From the NCBI GenBank assembly GCA_951406725.2, contig OX597826.1:82708001-82772000 (forward strand): 64,000 nt of DNA. The letters are read 5' to 3'. The DNA comes from Octopus vulgaris (lineage: Eukaryota). How positions within the stretch are numbered: the first letter of the stretch is position 1; every line of letters begins with the position of its first letter. The notes below the pieces were generated by a model. That model made no database searches, was not told the origin of the DNA, and was given only the letters and a program-made list of their open reading frames with translations. Of the stretch, positions 39,509-54,165 are shown in pieces. Both the position numbers and the translations under genes were made by a program.

Positions 39509-40290
39509 TAATTAAAGGATAAAATCATAAAAATTAATTAATTTTAATTATATCAGTGGCCAGTATATAAAAATCACATAGAGTACAATTATACTTGAGG
39601 GTACAAAAGCTACCATGTCTCTATGCTGAAAGAAGACGCCGAGTACGTCCTACCACTTCAAATATTCATTCCACATCGAATTGCACAGGTTGAAAGCGGG
39701 AAAGCAGACTGACGAAAGATTCATGAAATAATTCAGATCGTTTGGGATTGCAATTTCTGGATTAGTTTCATAACTTTTCCTTCATCAGCAAAACACATTA
39801 AGTGAAATAAATGAAAATATTTATACATACCCACAGAAAAGAACATGCAAAATGCGAGTACATGTAAATATTCACAAATATAAGCGCATTCAATTTCGCA
39901 GCCCATCTCAACACGCGTGTAATTGGTGAGAATAGTACAAAGGTAAATAAACTGACCCAAAGTGAATGGGCTATATTTAAAACGTAATTAGAGGATAAAA
40001 TCATTAAAATTAATGAATGTTATGAGTGGCCAGCATATAAAAAACCTTGTAGGTAAAATACATTTATAGAGATACATAATTGTATAAAAAGGGCACAAAA
40101 GCTATCATGCCTATATGCTGAAACTATCTGAATTATTTTATCAATTTTTAGTCAGTCTGCTTTCAACCTGCGGAGTGAATATTTGAGGTGGTAGGACGTA
40201 TTCGGTGTCTTCTTTCAGTATATGTGTGATAGCTTTTGTACCTTTAAGTATAATTGTACCCTATACAATTATATATTTCTATACCTGTGG
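39509..40290. repeat. Element with direct plus inverted repeats (Penelope pLTR-like architecture)
   Basis: Diverged direct repeat 39509-39631 / 39985-40123; diverged inverted repeat 39583-39738 / 40126-40259. Confidence 0.65.
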
Positions 40291-41120
40291 TTATTAGTCG
40301 CCATGGGATAATTAACACATTGCCTAAATACAAATCTTGAGAAATTAGGCTTCTCTTAGCCAGGAGCGAGAAAGCTGATTCGAAGACAACAGATCCAAGC
40401 CTTTATTGGAACTGTAAAATCTGTAAAACTTTCCAGACGTTTATCATTTAAGTATATATGAGCATGTCTAGGTATGCAAGTATAGGCATGAGAATACGTA
40501 CATAAAACAAACCATACAAATTTGCACGCATACACACATAAAAATACCCTGTCGATGTTGTTGAAATTCCAGTGACGGGACTTTGGATCTAGGTTAGAAA
40601 CCGTTTTTTTTTCTCTATTGGCAGGAAATCTTGAAATAAAACCGTATAATGACATACATACATATACCTACACACATACATACATACATACATATACGTA
40701 CACACATACATACATACATACATACATACATACATACATACATACATACATACATACATACATACATACATACATACATACATACATACAATTGCGCACA
40801 CACACACAGACAGTGCAGGCAAGTATCATTATTACCTCGGTTAGACTACTTCACAAGTCTTTATTCATTTTGATGCTATTTTCTGGGTCAATCCACTTAC
40901 AGCTTTCGCAGGTAACATCCATTAATTGTGTGGGTCACTGGTACACCACGTTACCAATACCGCATTCGTTTTATCTGACTCAAACGTTGCTGGTTCTCTT
41001 GATTAATCTTCATTTTCATTCACAGCATTCATTTATTTCTAAGGTCGCAATTCTCGTTCTATTTGTGTACGCGCATGCGATAACACATAAATGCACACGT
41101 AGATCATTTGTACATATGCA

Positions 41121-41212
<92 letters not shown>

Positions 41213-42050
41213 TGCATGCAATGATATATACATAACTACATAAATATAACTCTAGCCTACATGTGGTTTTTGGCTAAAAATACACTGCTGCTCTTATCTG
41301 AGTGTAAACTGATAAATGGCGGAACTGATAATAATATGAAATACGCTGAAAATATCCGAAACAACTGAAACACTATATCGAGTCACATTAGGTCTAAGTT
41401 ATAAATGGCGTTACAGAAGGGGCTCTAAAGATTAAGGAGTTGAACAAATTACTTCCAATTTGACCGTTAAAATTCATGCTTGATAAAATTTCTAGATACA
41501 TATGCACTTATAATGTAGACATACACTTATACATATATATACTTATTCTTTGAGTGTGTACATTTTTGTTCTCGTGTTTTTTTTTGTTTTTTTTTGCGTT
41601 ACGTGGGTCGAGTGTATGCATTGTACATATACAAGAACATATATAGACACATACATGCAAATGTCAAACTGCCAGTCTGGATAAGCTTAGATTTTTCAGA
41701 TAAAGAGAACAACCAACAGACTCGCACATTATAAATACAATTTGTAAACGGAACAGTTATGCAATACAAGATTTTTCTGAGGCTTAAAATGTGACATTGT
41801 TTTCCTTATCTACATTCCAAAGATGGAGCTTTGTATCTTTGTTGGAAACCAACTCCTTCTTCAGAGGATAACTTTAAATGGTTAAAAACAGAAGAAAAAT
41901 ATAAATACAAACATACATACATACGTATCCACACATATATATATTTGTGCATGCACTTAAAGTGATGTGTGTGTTTGTGATTAATATGTTTCATTATGTT
42001 ATGTCCTTTTTGATATGCAACTACGACTTTTTGCCTTTTGTGCGCCTGCG

Positions 42051-42087
<37 letters not shown>

Positions 42088-42125
42088 TGATCACACACAC
42101 ACACATTTTTAAGTTCAACATATAT

Positions 42126-42179
<54 letters not shown>

Positions 42180-43740
42180 ATTTAATCAGGTTAGTTTACC
42201 ATTAATCGTATATATCGTATAAGAAATCAGGGAAATGTTTTTAAATTTTCTCTGGTTTACTGAATTAACTTTTATTTGCGGTTGAAGCTTTGGCTGTTAT
42301 TTCTAGTGGGTGAATGGCCTATTATGGCCGTTCCTTTATTGTTGATATATATATATATATATATATATATGAATAAGAGAGGTGACGCTATTTTCCTGTA
42401 TTTGATTAAAATCTCGTGCGGATATCGGCAGATTAAAGAATTTCAGTTCAAAATTAAATTTGGCTTAGTTATTAATATGCATACTCGCCTTTGTTTTGTT
42501 TTTTTTTTTACTTTTGAAAGCAAATATGATTTGATGAGCACTCTGAAAAAGGATCAATGCTGGATACATTAACCCAAACTTCTTGGACGTTTTGAAAGAG
42601 CAGAAGAAAAGCCTTTCCTTAATCACACTCGAATTCCTCTCTAAAAGAGAACTATGGATACGATAGACGATGTAGTCGCACGCTTTACTTAACTCCGAGT
42701 AAAGGATGTGATGATTTCATATTACATACTTTTGATTATATTTTGGCTGAGTGAAGGTTTAAATTGGCTAAAGTACAACAACAATATCAATGTCAGGAAT
42801 CCAAGAAACGAGGCTCTACGAGGCTGCTCGATATTTCGAAATAACTGCTAAATCACTAACAAAGCCTATTTCCTTAAAAACGGAATTCATTTGGCAAAAC
42901 TAAATAAGGTGATCATTATTGTAGCATTTGGAGCATTGACTCGATTTAGAGATGCCATTCGGTGTTGAACAACATCAATATCTCACTACGTATGTTATTT
43001 CCTCCTATAAAATTTAGAGTGTCGATCGAACTACGATCGAACTATTCACCATCATGTATACGTGTGTGTGTGTGTGTGTTTGTTTGTGTGTGTGTGTTTG
43101 TTTGTGTGTGTGTGTTTGTTTGTGTGTGTGTGTTTGTTTGTGTGTGTGTGTTTGTTTGTGTGTGTTAGGGTTTCGAAGAGAAAGTGTGAGAAAGGAAGAG
43201 ATACAGGAGAAGGTATGGGAAGGAGTTAGGAGAGAGAGAGAGAGAGAAAAGGGAGAGTCGGTGGGAGGATACAAGGAGGAACTACTGAGAATGAAAGAGG
43301 GGTAAAGGAGATATTGAGGGGGAACTAAAGAGAGAAAAACGGGAAGATTGAGATAAAGAGAAAATTGATGAATGAGAGAGAAATAGAAAGTGAAGGAGAA
43401 GGAGGTGTAATAAGCGGTGGGGGTGGGTGCACTTAACTCAAAAAAGAAAGAAGAGGAAGTCTTGAGTGAGAGCAAATCTAGGAAGGTAGAAAGGGAGGGT
43501 TAGTTAGTGTCAGAGAGAGAGAAAAAGAGAGAGAAAAGATGAGAGAGTGAGCGAGTGATGGGTAGCAGTGTCCGGATGTTAAAATTCATTTATATTTACG
43601 TGAGAAAGAAAGCAACGGAGTAGCAGAAGCAATAAAGCATCTAATTACGTTGTTTTAGGAGCCAACAACGGAACCAACATATGGTCGCTGATCCTAGCTG
43701 GAAATAGTAGTTATCACACATTGCTGGCTTCAATTTCAAG

Positions 43741-43782
<42 letters not shown>

Positions 43783-43783
43783 T

Positions 43784-43819
<36 letters not shown>

Positions 43820-44384
43820 TAACATATTTTAAGACTTAAAATAAGGAATTCGAGTCTAAAAAAAGCAGAAGGGATGATCATAGCTGGATGGATTTTCCCC
43901 ACAGGTCTGCATGACCAGTGATGATTGAGGTTGGGCGGTAATAATTATTGCTCCCTGAAATTAGCGAATCAACACATTGAGTGGTTGTTTGTTTATAGGT
44001 TTCTTTCATTAGCGATTGTTTGTGGCTAAACAACAAAATCAAAATCTCCCTTTATGATTGGTTGTGAAATGCAAACGAACACAATTTTACATGCCACTCC
44101 TTGAGATCAATAAAATATATTATACCATATATTAACATATAAATCAGGAATCAATCATGAACTGGAGACAAATCGGTAATTGCACATACGAGGGACCCCT
44201 TGCATAGTAGATCTGTCTGCTGGACATGTCAGCCAAATTTCTTCAAACTCTACCAACCACGCCTTTTATTTTAAAAGCCTGGCTGGTAGAATTGAAGACG
44301 CGTTGAATGTTACTGAAATTCTGGAAAACAGGAAAAGACTTCATTGTCAACAGTAATATCACCCACACAAACACACACACACAC

Positions 44385-44447
<63 letters not shown>

Positions 44448-45857
44448 TGTAATGACAAAAACAGGTTGATATGCCAACGCATGAACCCTTTAATTTATGT
44501 GGTTGCATCATAGTTTGTGGGGTTAGAGTCCTACTTTACTAAGACTGTGATCCATTTCTCTCTTTCTTTTTTCATTTTGTTTCTGTTGTGATGGTCAGTC
44601 CGGATAATTGAAACCGGTAACAGAATAAAATAAATGTGAGCTCCACCTCCTGAAGATAGCAGCCAAATTTTCCCCAGATACGCCCTAATGCATTGGGAAA
44701 AGAGAAGGACATCCGAAAATACACAATATGTGGTGAACACGCTCTCTGTTGGCCGTGGATAAATATTTCATTATAAGTTTGCTCGACAAGGGCTGGCACA
44801 GGGCTAACGATCAGTGACAATAGAACTGTCGTCGTCATCATCACCAGCAGCAGCAATATCAGCAGCAACAGTAGTAGCAGTGTCATTCTTATAACTACTC
44901 TGACCATCATTATTATCAGTTTTTTTTCATCGTTACTATCATTATCAACTCCAAAGTCTCCTAACACTAGTAAAAGACAACAGCTAAAACATCGTCAAAA
45001 CTTCATACCAGCACCACCACCACTACCGCCGCCGCCGCCACCACCAACAGCACCATCACCATCAACCCCACGATGAAGACGACAACGACCACCACCACCA
45101 ACAACAACAACAACACCGTTGTTACCCATTTCATAGCCAATACTTCCATTCCGAATAGATTTTTGAATACGCAATTTTCATTAATGTCTTTACTCAATCA
45201 ATTCGGTTCTGGTTAAATAATGGCATCTAAATTCGTTAATTTGAAATTTTGCAAATAAATAAGTAAAAACAAAATATGAGGTAAAAAAAAAATAATAAAT
45301 TTGTCAACCGAATCAAAATTCTCTTCTTTACAAGAATTTGATTCCCGAGACAACATTCCAAGACATGCGAGCAATCTAAGTTTGGTAAATTCACCAGAAG
45401 CCAGATGTGGATCAGATTACGTTAAAGGTTAAACTATTTGATATGGAACACCCGCTGACACTCCTTCCATTCGACTGTTAACTAATTCGCTGAAATATCT
45501 TGATTTACTTTTAGTAATGCTTTGCAGAGTGTATCTATTCAGTAGAACAGATTTTTTGTTTCCGTTTTTATTTTATAAAACTGTTAATTACCTACTTAGA
45601 TCATAACTAATTAGGAAAATTCAAATACAAGAATAATGACTGAAGCATCGAGCACACATTAACATAAAAACATGTGTCAGTGATTTATCATGTTCCCTTC
45701 TGTTTCTTCCAGTAATATCCTCACAGCCTCTAAGCTGGGAGAATCCCTGCCCAGTTGTATAGAAAATAGGTAAGACAATATCCGAATTTAATGAAACCAC
45801 GTATGAGAAACTAGTTTCTTTGATACTTATATTCTACTGCAAATTCTTCATTCATGA

Positions 45858-46180
45858 AGGCGCGTGGCTTAGTGGTTAGGGCATGCGGCTCACGATCGCA
45901 AGGTCATGAGTTCAATTCTCGACGATGCGTTGTGTCCTTGAGCAAGACACTTTATTTCAATTTTGCTCCAGTCCACTCAGCTGGCAAAAATGAGCTTTGC
46001 CTGTAATTCAATGGGCCAGCTTTGTCACACTCTGTGTTTCGCTGAATCTCACCTGAGAACTACGTTAAAGGTACACATGTCTGTGGAATGCTCAACCACT
46101 TTCACGTTAATTTCATAAGCAAGCTGTTCCGTTGATCGGTTCAGCTTGGACCCTTGTCGTAGTAACTAACGGAGTGTCCC
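45858..46180 (+). mobile_element. tRNA-derived SINE family C with CORE-like segment
   Basis: A box TGGCTTAGTGG, B box GAGTTCAATTC, then gtgtccttgagcaagacactt, resembling the CORE/MIR motif CCTTGGGCAAGTCACTT. Confidence 0.75.
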
Positions 46181-46236
46181 TTCTTTCATAAGTCAACAAT
46201 TCTACACACGGAAAAATTAGTCACGTTATCGCCGGT

Positions 46237-46276
<40 letters not shown>

Positions 46277-47114
46277 TTCAGTGCAGGTTTCTGAGTCTCA
46301 GCATATTTAATAGCGTGCTTTTAATACTGTAAACATTAAAACAAAACTTAATATATATAAATATTATTGTAGATCGTTTATATAGAAAAGATTACGTTTC
46401 TTCTTATTTGTTTCCGAAACTGTTTCTACATTACTATTGTGAGAATTTATTTTCAGTTCTGTTGTTTTGGAACAAAATTCGTTATAAACTTTAGAAAAAA
46501 AACAGAAATTAAGAAAATTGCAAAGGAATTAGAAAAAAAAGAATAAATTATTCATCCCAATCGATCAATCACAAAAATACATATTTTGAATATTTTATTG
46601 CTAGCACACACGTGTACGTGTATACATATATAGACGCACACACACTGTATGTATGTATGTATGTATGTATGTATGTATGTATGTATGTATGTATGTGTAT
46701 ATATATATATATATCTGATTATGTAAATAACTATTTACTTCACTCCTCTCCGCCTCCTTTCGCCTTCTCTCTCTCTGCTTCTCATACTCCTTCTCTTTCT
46801 CCCATGCGCGGGTGTGTGTGTGTATTTGTTTGTTTTTCATGATCTTTGTGTCATTTAAGCAAACTAGGTGAACATGAGATCTGAGACGTGAAGTTAAGAC
46901 AGTCTTCGAAAAGCACGTTTTACCACACGCCGACCAACTGGAAATGATGCTATTTCTGCGTTTCGTAAGCTGTTGTTTTCCCGTGGTTCTCTTCTCAGTC
47001 TTGCAAGCTTTCGTTTGCTTTAAGATCTTCTATTACTGACCAGATATCTTTTGCCATTTATTTCTGTCAAAAGCAATGAGTTCATCATTTCTGTCTGGTG
47101 AATAACTATGTCCG

Positions 47115-47270
47115 CGTGACCTTGTCTTTGTCTCCAGTTCCACTTGCCAACAAAAGACTTACAGAATAAATAGCAGGTTTATAAAAATAATTACTGGGAG
47201 TCGATTGGTCGATTTGGTCGACTAAACCCTTGGAAACGGTGTCCAGTATGGCGGCAGAATCAAGCAAAAT
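47115..47270 (+). mobile_element. SINE family A-related 3' half, old
   Basis: agaataaatagcagg...gtcgatttggtcgactaaa...cggtgtccagtatggcggcag parallels 51070-51155. Confidence 0.55.
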
Positions 47271-47284
47271 ATCACGTATAAGTC

Positions 47285-47370
<86 letters not shown>

Positions 47371-47372
47371 GC

Positions 47373-47416
<44 letters not shown>

Positions 47417-49505
47417 TACGGGTAAGAATTATTAAATAATTTATTACTATCAAATAATTTATTTCGCATGTATAATAAAATATTTGTTTATAAGAGTGTA
47501 TACATACACGAAGAAAAGACCACCAATAGGACTTCTTGCGTGCTGGAAAGGGCAGTCACAACCCAAACCACGAAAGAAATTCAGTAAACCTTATACTCAT
47601 GATCTTTCGCTATTAATGACCAAAACCAATCAATTAATCAATTGATCAATTAACCAACTGTCACTCTTTATTAAGGTCACTGGGGCGAATGCATAGTTAT
47701 GAACCTGAAATCCCTACCGAAAATAGAAAGTAAACACGCACACATTCAGTTCCATCTTTATGCATCCCAGATTCAACCTGAGTGTCCCGTCGAGCGGAGT
47801 CAGAATAGTACCGCAGTGAATAAATTCAATCGTGTACGAACTGGTTGACTTGCCGTCGTAGACACGTGTTTCTGCTGCAATAGCTGTTAGCAGGAAGACA
47901 ATAATCCGACCGTATCTGCCGTAAGGGACTTGAACCCATGTAAGGTAGGGGACTTAGACTCTGCTTTTGAGTCAGAAACACGTGACCATTACCTTGAAAT
48001 TCTGTTTCAAATTTGCAAAAGCATTTACGTACACTTGTCTAATGTAGCAATATGCAGAAGTAATTTTATTTGGTTTGTGCCCAATGTCGGCGGTGGTAAA
48101 AGTGTCTGAAACCGGAGACACATCCACCGGAAAATGATCTAATCTCTGAGATCTTTGGAATTTATTTTGAAAATAACAAGTTTGAATAAATTATAAGACA
48201 ATAAATTCGTTTTTACTAAAATAAGAGATACTAGACAGAGGCTGATATCAAAGCTATTTACAGAGGAACGTGCAATTAGAGGTATTATGATTTATGATGC
48301 TACTTCGGATAAAATATAAAAATAGCTCTTTTGAAGATGCCAATGTGATTTGGTATTCTTATATGTCAAAATGAAAATATTTGAAACAACCTACATTAAG
48401 TAATTAGCGCCATCGCACACAATATAGTTAATGGATGAAAAGTACTATGCGTCTTTTAAATTTCAACTGGATTCACTCTTTCATGTACATCTAATTCCTT
48501 TGGGAAATGTATGAACATTAAAGACTTCCTAATTCCGCATCCTCAAGTTAAAACAGCTCTGTTCAAGGAAATATTAAATGCCTCGTGGGAAGGAATCAAA
48601 GCCATTACGTATTCCTAACGCTTAGTTCACGACAGGATTGTTTCATTCGTATATCAACTTCGGCTAATATAAATTCCAACGCATAACAATTTTTTCCTTA
48701 ATGCAGCGAGCCTTTGTCACCATTCCAAAGTGAATGATATTTTACATACATGCACTCCTTTGCGCTGAAGTCTGTCTCAAGAGCATTTTTTCTCTATAAA
48801 TCTCAATATCCTGTACAACTCCCAAAGGACATTTTTTATTTTTTAATGGGTGGGATATATTATATGAAGTTGTATGCCTTTGTTGCTGCTGCTTAAACAC
48901 GCCTCATTTTTAATCTTGGAGACATCTGATCAAATATTTAGCAGCTGTGATTATCCCATCTTTTTCAGAAATATTTGTATTTAATTCTAATTTTGTAATT
49001 AATTTCTAATTAAAACTATAGTGCAGTTTGAATGATATTTGATTACTGAGAGGCCACACAGAGTTTGTGGTCGTTGACTATTGAATTTACATAAATATTT
49101 CTTTTCATTTATAAATGAAGTGAAACCTATACGACTTGGATTTTAAAACATTATGCGCTAGCGGGCTCCATGTCACTAATTTTCTGTTATTGGTTTCTTT
49201 TGATTCATTGAAAGTGTCAAAAATGGAATGCAGTATTAAAATTCTCATGTTTAAATTTATGATAGTGATTGAGCGAATCATTAGAACGTCGTAGAAAAAT
49301 ACTGAGTATTACTCCATCTGGCTCCTTGCGCTCCAGAATATGTCATGAAATATGGACTGGAAGTGCAAAACCCAAGAATGAGTATTGCAGACAGTAGCGG
49401 AAACACAGCCTACCAACCGGATTCCCCTAGTATACATGATTTAAATTCTAATGCTTTTGTATATATTGGACATCATTGCCCGTGTGCAATTTCAAATTAA
49501 CAATC

Positions 49506-49536
<31 letters not shown>

Positions 49537-50085
49537 TGCATGCACATACACATAGTATCGAATGAATGAATGAGAAAAGGATTACTCGCGACACGAGCGT
49601 GGCCCCACTGCGTTCTTCCTGTTTCACCTGAAGATCATAATTTCGCAGATTCCACTTGTGTGACAAACCCGTGGTTTTAGTCCTAATAAAAACGTTTTAT
49701 ACATGCATACACACACTGTGTATGTTTATATATATATCTGTGTGTGTGTGTTTCTATATATATATATGTAAGTGAGTGTGTTTGTATGTATGTAAATGTA
49801 TATATATTTATATATTATGTCAGGTCACTTTCGAGTGCTACTGGTAACATGTAACCCAGTACAACCTGTTGCATGGTCGGGTCGTCGGCGACTAAACCTG
49901 CAACCCCACCAAGCTTGCTTGGTGTGGAGGGTGTTTATTGGACACCCCACGGGATGAAAAGCAAAACCTGTCAAAGGGCGGAGGAACTCTTGAGAGTCAA
50001 CGGCCATCTAATAAATGTCTTAATGATGTATCATGTGCGGGGACATAGAAATAATCGGACTGAATACCCGATCGCGCGGTTTAAA

Positions 50086-50721
50086 AGCATGTTGACTGTC
50101 CACTTTTCGTGTTCAATCCTTAATTGGTATATATAAATATTTTAATCTTCGGATTCTTTTTTAATATGCTAGACCACTGGTTTTAATTGATAAATACCAA
50201 TTTCTACCCTTAATTAATTTTATATGAAATAAATATGTTCTCTAACCGATAAATTGACTGCTGCTAATTATTAGCTGCAGGCTGGTTTTTTCGGGTCTCA
50301 ACGCGCCAAAGTAAAGGCATTTGAAAGATACATTCGAATGTAATCGGTTGAACTCCATGCACGCGACACTCCGGTATCGTTTTTGCATCTAGTCCAGCAA
50401 ATTACATTCAATACGGACCATGCTGAAGAAGTTACAGTTATCCTTGCGGATAATAATAACCGAAACTGATCAGTACATGGGTAATTATTTTATTTCGTAT
50501 ATTTTCACTTGTTTATTGCTTTGGTTTTGTGCTGAGTTTGATTTGAGAACATAATCTTTGTGGAGAATGGCGATTTGACGTCTATATCTAGCATGTTGAC
50601 TGTCCACTTTTCGTGTTCAGTCCTTAATTGGTATATATAAATATTTTAATCTTCGGATTCTTTTTAATATGCTAGACCACTGGTTTTAATTGATAAATAC
50701 CAATTTCTTCCCTTAATTAAT

Positions 50722-50722
<1 letters not shown>
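50086..50722. repeat. Pair of ~134-bp direct repeats (50086-50219 and 50590-50722) around a ~370-bp spacer
   Basis: Copies differ at about three positions by eye. Confidence 0.9.
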
Positions 50723-50784
<62 letters not shown>

Positions 50785-50787
<3 letters not shown>

Positions 50788-51190
50788 AACGGCTGTATGG
50801 TAAGTAGTTTGCTTACCAACCACATGCTTCCGGGTTCAGTCCCACTGTGTGGCACCTTGGGCAAATGTCTTCTACTATAGCCTCGGGCCGACCACATCTT
50901 GTGAGTGGATTTAGTAGACAGAAACAGAAAGAAGCTCGTCGTATATATGTATATATATATATATGTATGTGTTTCTATATGTTTGTGTGTCTGTGTTTGT
51001 CCCCCAACATCGCTTACCAACCGATGCTGGTGTGTTTACGTCACCGGCACTTAGCGGTTCGGCAAAAGAGACCGATAGAATAAGTACTAGGCTTACAACG
51101 AATAAGTCCAGTTGTCGATTTCTTCGACTAAAGGCGGTGCTCCAGCATGGCTGCAGACAAATGACTGAAACAAGTAAAAGAGTAAAAGAG
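50785..51190 (+). mobile_element. tRNA-derived SINE family A, full length
   Basis: Head ggctgtatggtaag, B box GGTTCAGTCC, CORE-like caccttgggcaaatgtctt, internal (TA)/(TG) tract, LINE-like 3' motif and (GTAAAAGA)n tail. Confidence 0.92.
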
Positions 51191-51412
51191 TATATGTATA
51201 TATTCCCGTCACTAAAGTGACCGAGAGCACTAGTCAGCACCAGTATTGCTAGAAATAACAGTTAAAACAATTCATAACCACGAAAAACACTTATCTTAAT
51301 GACCGGTTAGGAAACCAGAGTATGATTTCTATGATGATCTTAGAAACCGACAAGGCGAGCTGCGTTTAATCCAAGGCGCTAGGTGAGAGTTACTGGCGAA
51401 TAAGCCAACCGT

Positions 51413-51449
<37 letters not shown>

Positions 51450-52690
51450 GTGGGAAAATGAAGGACAGTTTCAAAGATGGGAAGTTGATGGTACAATGCC
51501 TAATATTTCGTTTTACCATTTGGTTAGTTAATAGGCAACTTCTTTAAAAGTGGTCACGTGATATTCACGTCATTATGAATTTGCATTAGAATCGTAATTT
51601 TTCAACTTTGATATTATGAATTTAAAGAGGTTACAAATTGTGTATTTATGTGAATTTTTTAATCATTGTAATTCCATGTCTGACGCTTCAATAATTTCGC
51701 CAATCCAACACCCTGGGTTGTACTTTATTTATCGATCTAAGAGAAATTGATGAATTAACCTCAATGCAATTTCATCTCGGAACGCAGACGACTGTAGTAT
51801 CAGAGGATGTTTTTTTTTTATCCAACACTCCTGTAAGTTAATTAATTGAATTTATACAATTCAGTATTTAATTGTATACTAACTATCATTGAAGAATGAA
51901 AGACGAAACTGAAATCAAACATAAGAAATCAGAACATAACGAGATTATACCAGATCTACAGCATCACGATTAATTTGATAACATAAAGATATTTAATTAC
52001 CATTTCTTGCAAGTGCTTTACACATCATAAGGAATTGTCACAGGAGGATATACGATGTTATTTTTAATTATCTTACTTGTATATTATAAAAGAAGCTCAA
52101 TAGGATTAAATTCAGAAACATGATCACCACAATATATAAAAAGCATTCAATTTTAACTTTATGAAAATGTGATATTATGTCGCGGTTCTTAACTAAACAA
52201 TACTTTGCAAGGCGAATCATTATTCACTGTTGACATGTACTTCCTGTTGCCATCTTGGAAATAATTCCTTTCTTTGCAATTTCCGGTCTCGATTACAGCA
52301 GGAAAGCAGTTTTGAAATGTAAAGCAAATTACCAATATTCGTATCTATATACAGATAGATAAATACGTATACACATACATACATACATATATATATATCT
52401 ATAGTTATTTATATATATATATATGTATGTATATATACGTACATACATACATACGTGCGTACTTATATACATAAGTATGTGCATATATATGTAAATATAT
52501 ATACATATATATATAAATAAATAAATATATATATGTATGTATGTATGTATATATATATACAGACGCACACACACACACACAAAATAATGCACACCATAAT
52601 TACAAAACATTGGTTTGTCTTATTATTTATAAAAGATATCGTAATTATTCGTCAGCATCCGTGATTTTAAAATACTACTCTTATAAGGAA

Positions 52691-52745
<55 letters not shown>

Positions 52746-53598
52746 TCAATAGGTGAATATAATCTAGGGACCTGAATGTGGCAAGTTTAGTTATCTCCAA
52801 GCAAGACGCGGCTAATATAGAGAACAAAACGTGAACAGTTTTTTTATGAAGTAAATTTTATTAAAATCGTAAGTTACTTTTTCCTGTATAGAAGTTACGA
52901 GAAAGTTCAAGAAGCTGGTTGTTTCCATATAACTCATAGGTACTAAAATGGCGTATAGCAATCCAAAGTATTGAAGGAGTGGAATATGTACAATATAGGC
53001 TACATATGGGTTTTTTTTTAATATCTAACTGGAGTTCATTATATAAGTTTTAGGCCACCGCGAAGTTTACACCGCCGCAAGGAATAGAAATATCACTGTG
53101 TCTATATACTCTGACATATACTTGTGTGTGTGTGTGTATGTTGTGTGCATATGCATGGAGGTACGTTCGTGTGCATCTGTTTCCTTTGTGCTAACGGGAT
53201 TTCACGCCGTTATCCGTATTGCGTACCGCTCGAATCTTTCATCAAGTCATCCATAAAACGACTGCGTATCAGCGGTAGAAGCTGCCTCTCAGATGCAAGT
53301 ATCACAAAGAGTAACTCGACATTGATTATTTTGTTGGATTAAATAAAATAACGCTGAGTCCTTGTTTTAAGGATTTCTCCTCGATGCTCACATTTACTAA
53401 ACGGTCACAGAAGCTAATTATAAATTAGATTAAATTTGAAGATCACACAAATCAGCCACACTGCATTTTCGTGACTTGCAAACTCATTTTGCTTTCAACT
53501 TCCCTCTATTTTTATTCTTTCTCTTCTTCTGTCTCATTCTCTTATTATCTTTCTCCTAATTTCTTATCCTTCTTTGTCTTCTGTTTTCCGATGTGTGG

Positions 53599-53635
<37 letters not shown>

Positions 53636-54084
53636 TTTTTTCATCTTCGCTGTGAAATCATTCCGCATTCCAATTCACTTTACACACACTCACACATTCT
53701 CTCAGTTTCTGTTTTACTGTATCTAATCAGGTATTCTTCATTTTATATATTCTTTTTTAAGTGAAATTCTCCCTTCCCATCTGCATTTATCTAACAGCAC
53801 GTGTTTTACACACAAGCGTAGCGCGCGCACGCACGCATCTACGCACACAGACAGACACACTTACATACACACACACACGCACGCACGCACAAATTCACAC
53901 AAAGACACGCACTTACAAGCATTTATATACAAAGATATACATAAATACGTAAGAACATAGATATTGAGTACATACTCATCAATACCTGTAACATAAAAAT
54001 TGAATAATGGCATGCACTTTAGGCTGGAAACCAATGATTTTTCATAGAAATTAAGAACAAATGGTGAAAATATTTATTGTTACA

Positions 54085-54165
54085 ATGGACCTACGTTGAC
54101 TTTGCCTTTCATCTTTTGTAGGTCGGTAAAATAAGTACCAACTGGGCACTAGAATCGATATAACT
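54085..54165 (+). mobile_element. SINE family B central fragment
   Basis: gttgactttgcctttcatc...ggtcggtaaaataagtacca matches 29775-29820. Confidence 0.7.

Noticed and set aside
43170-43560. Long purine-rich strand (possible H-DNA)
   Set aside because: Consistent with decayed (GA)n repeat, which is common in this window; nothing specific supports function.
47900-47995. Minus-strand B-box GGTTCAAGTCC, tRNA-like
   Set aside because: No cloverleaf; at most a decayed SINE head.
49824-50030. GC-richer insert resembling a LINE 5' UTR
   Set aside because: Single copy here with no ORF or diagnostic motif.
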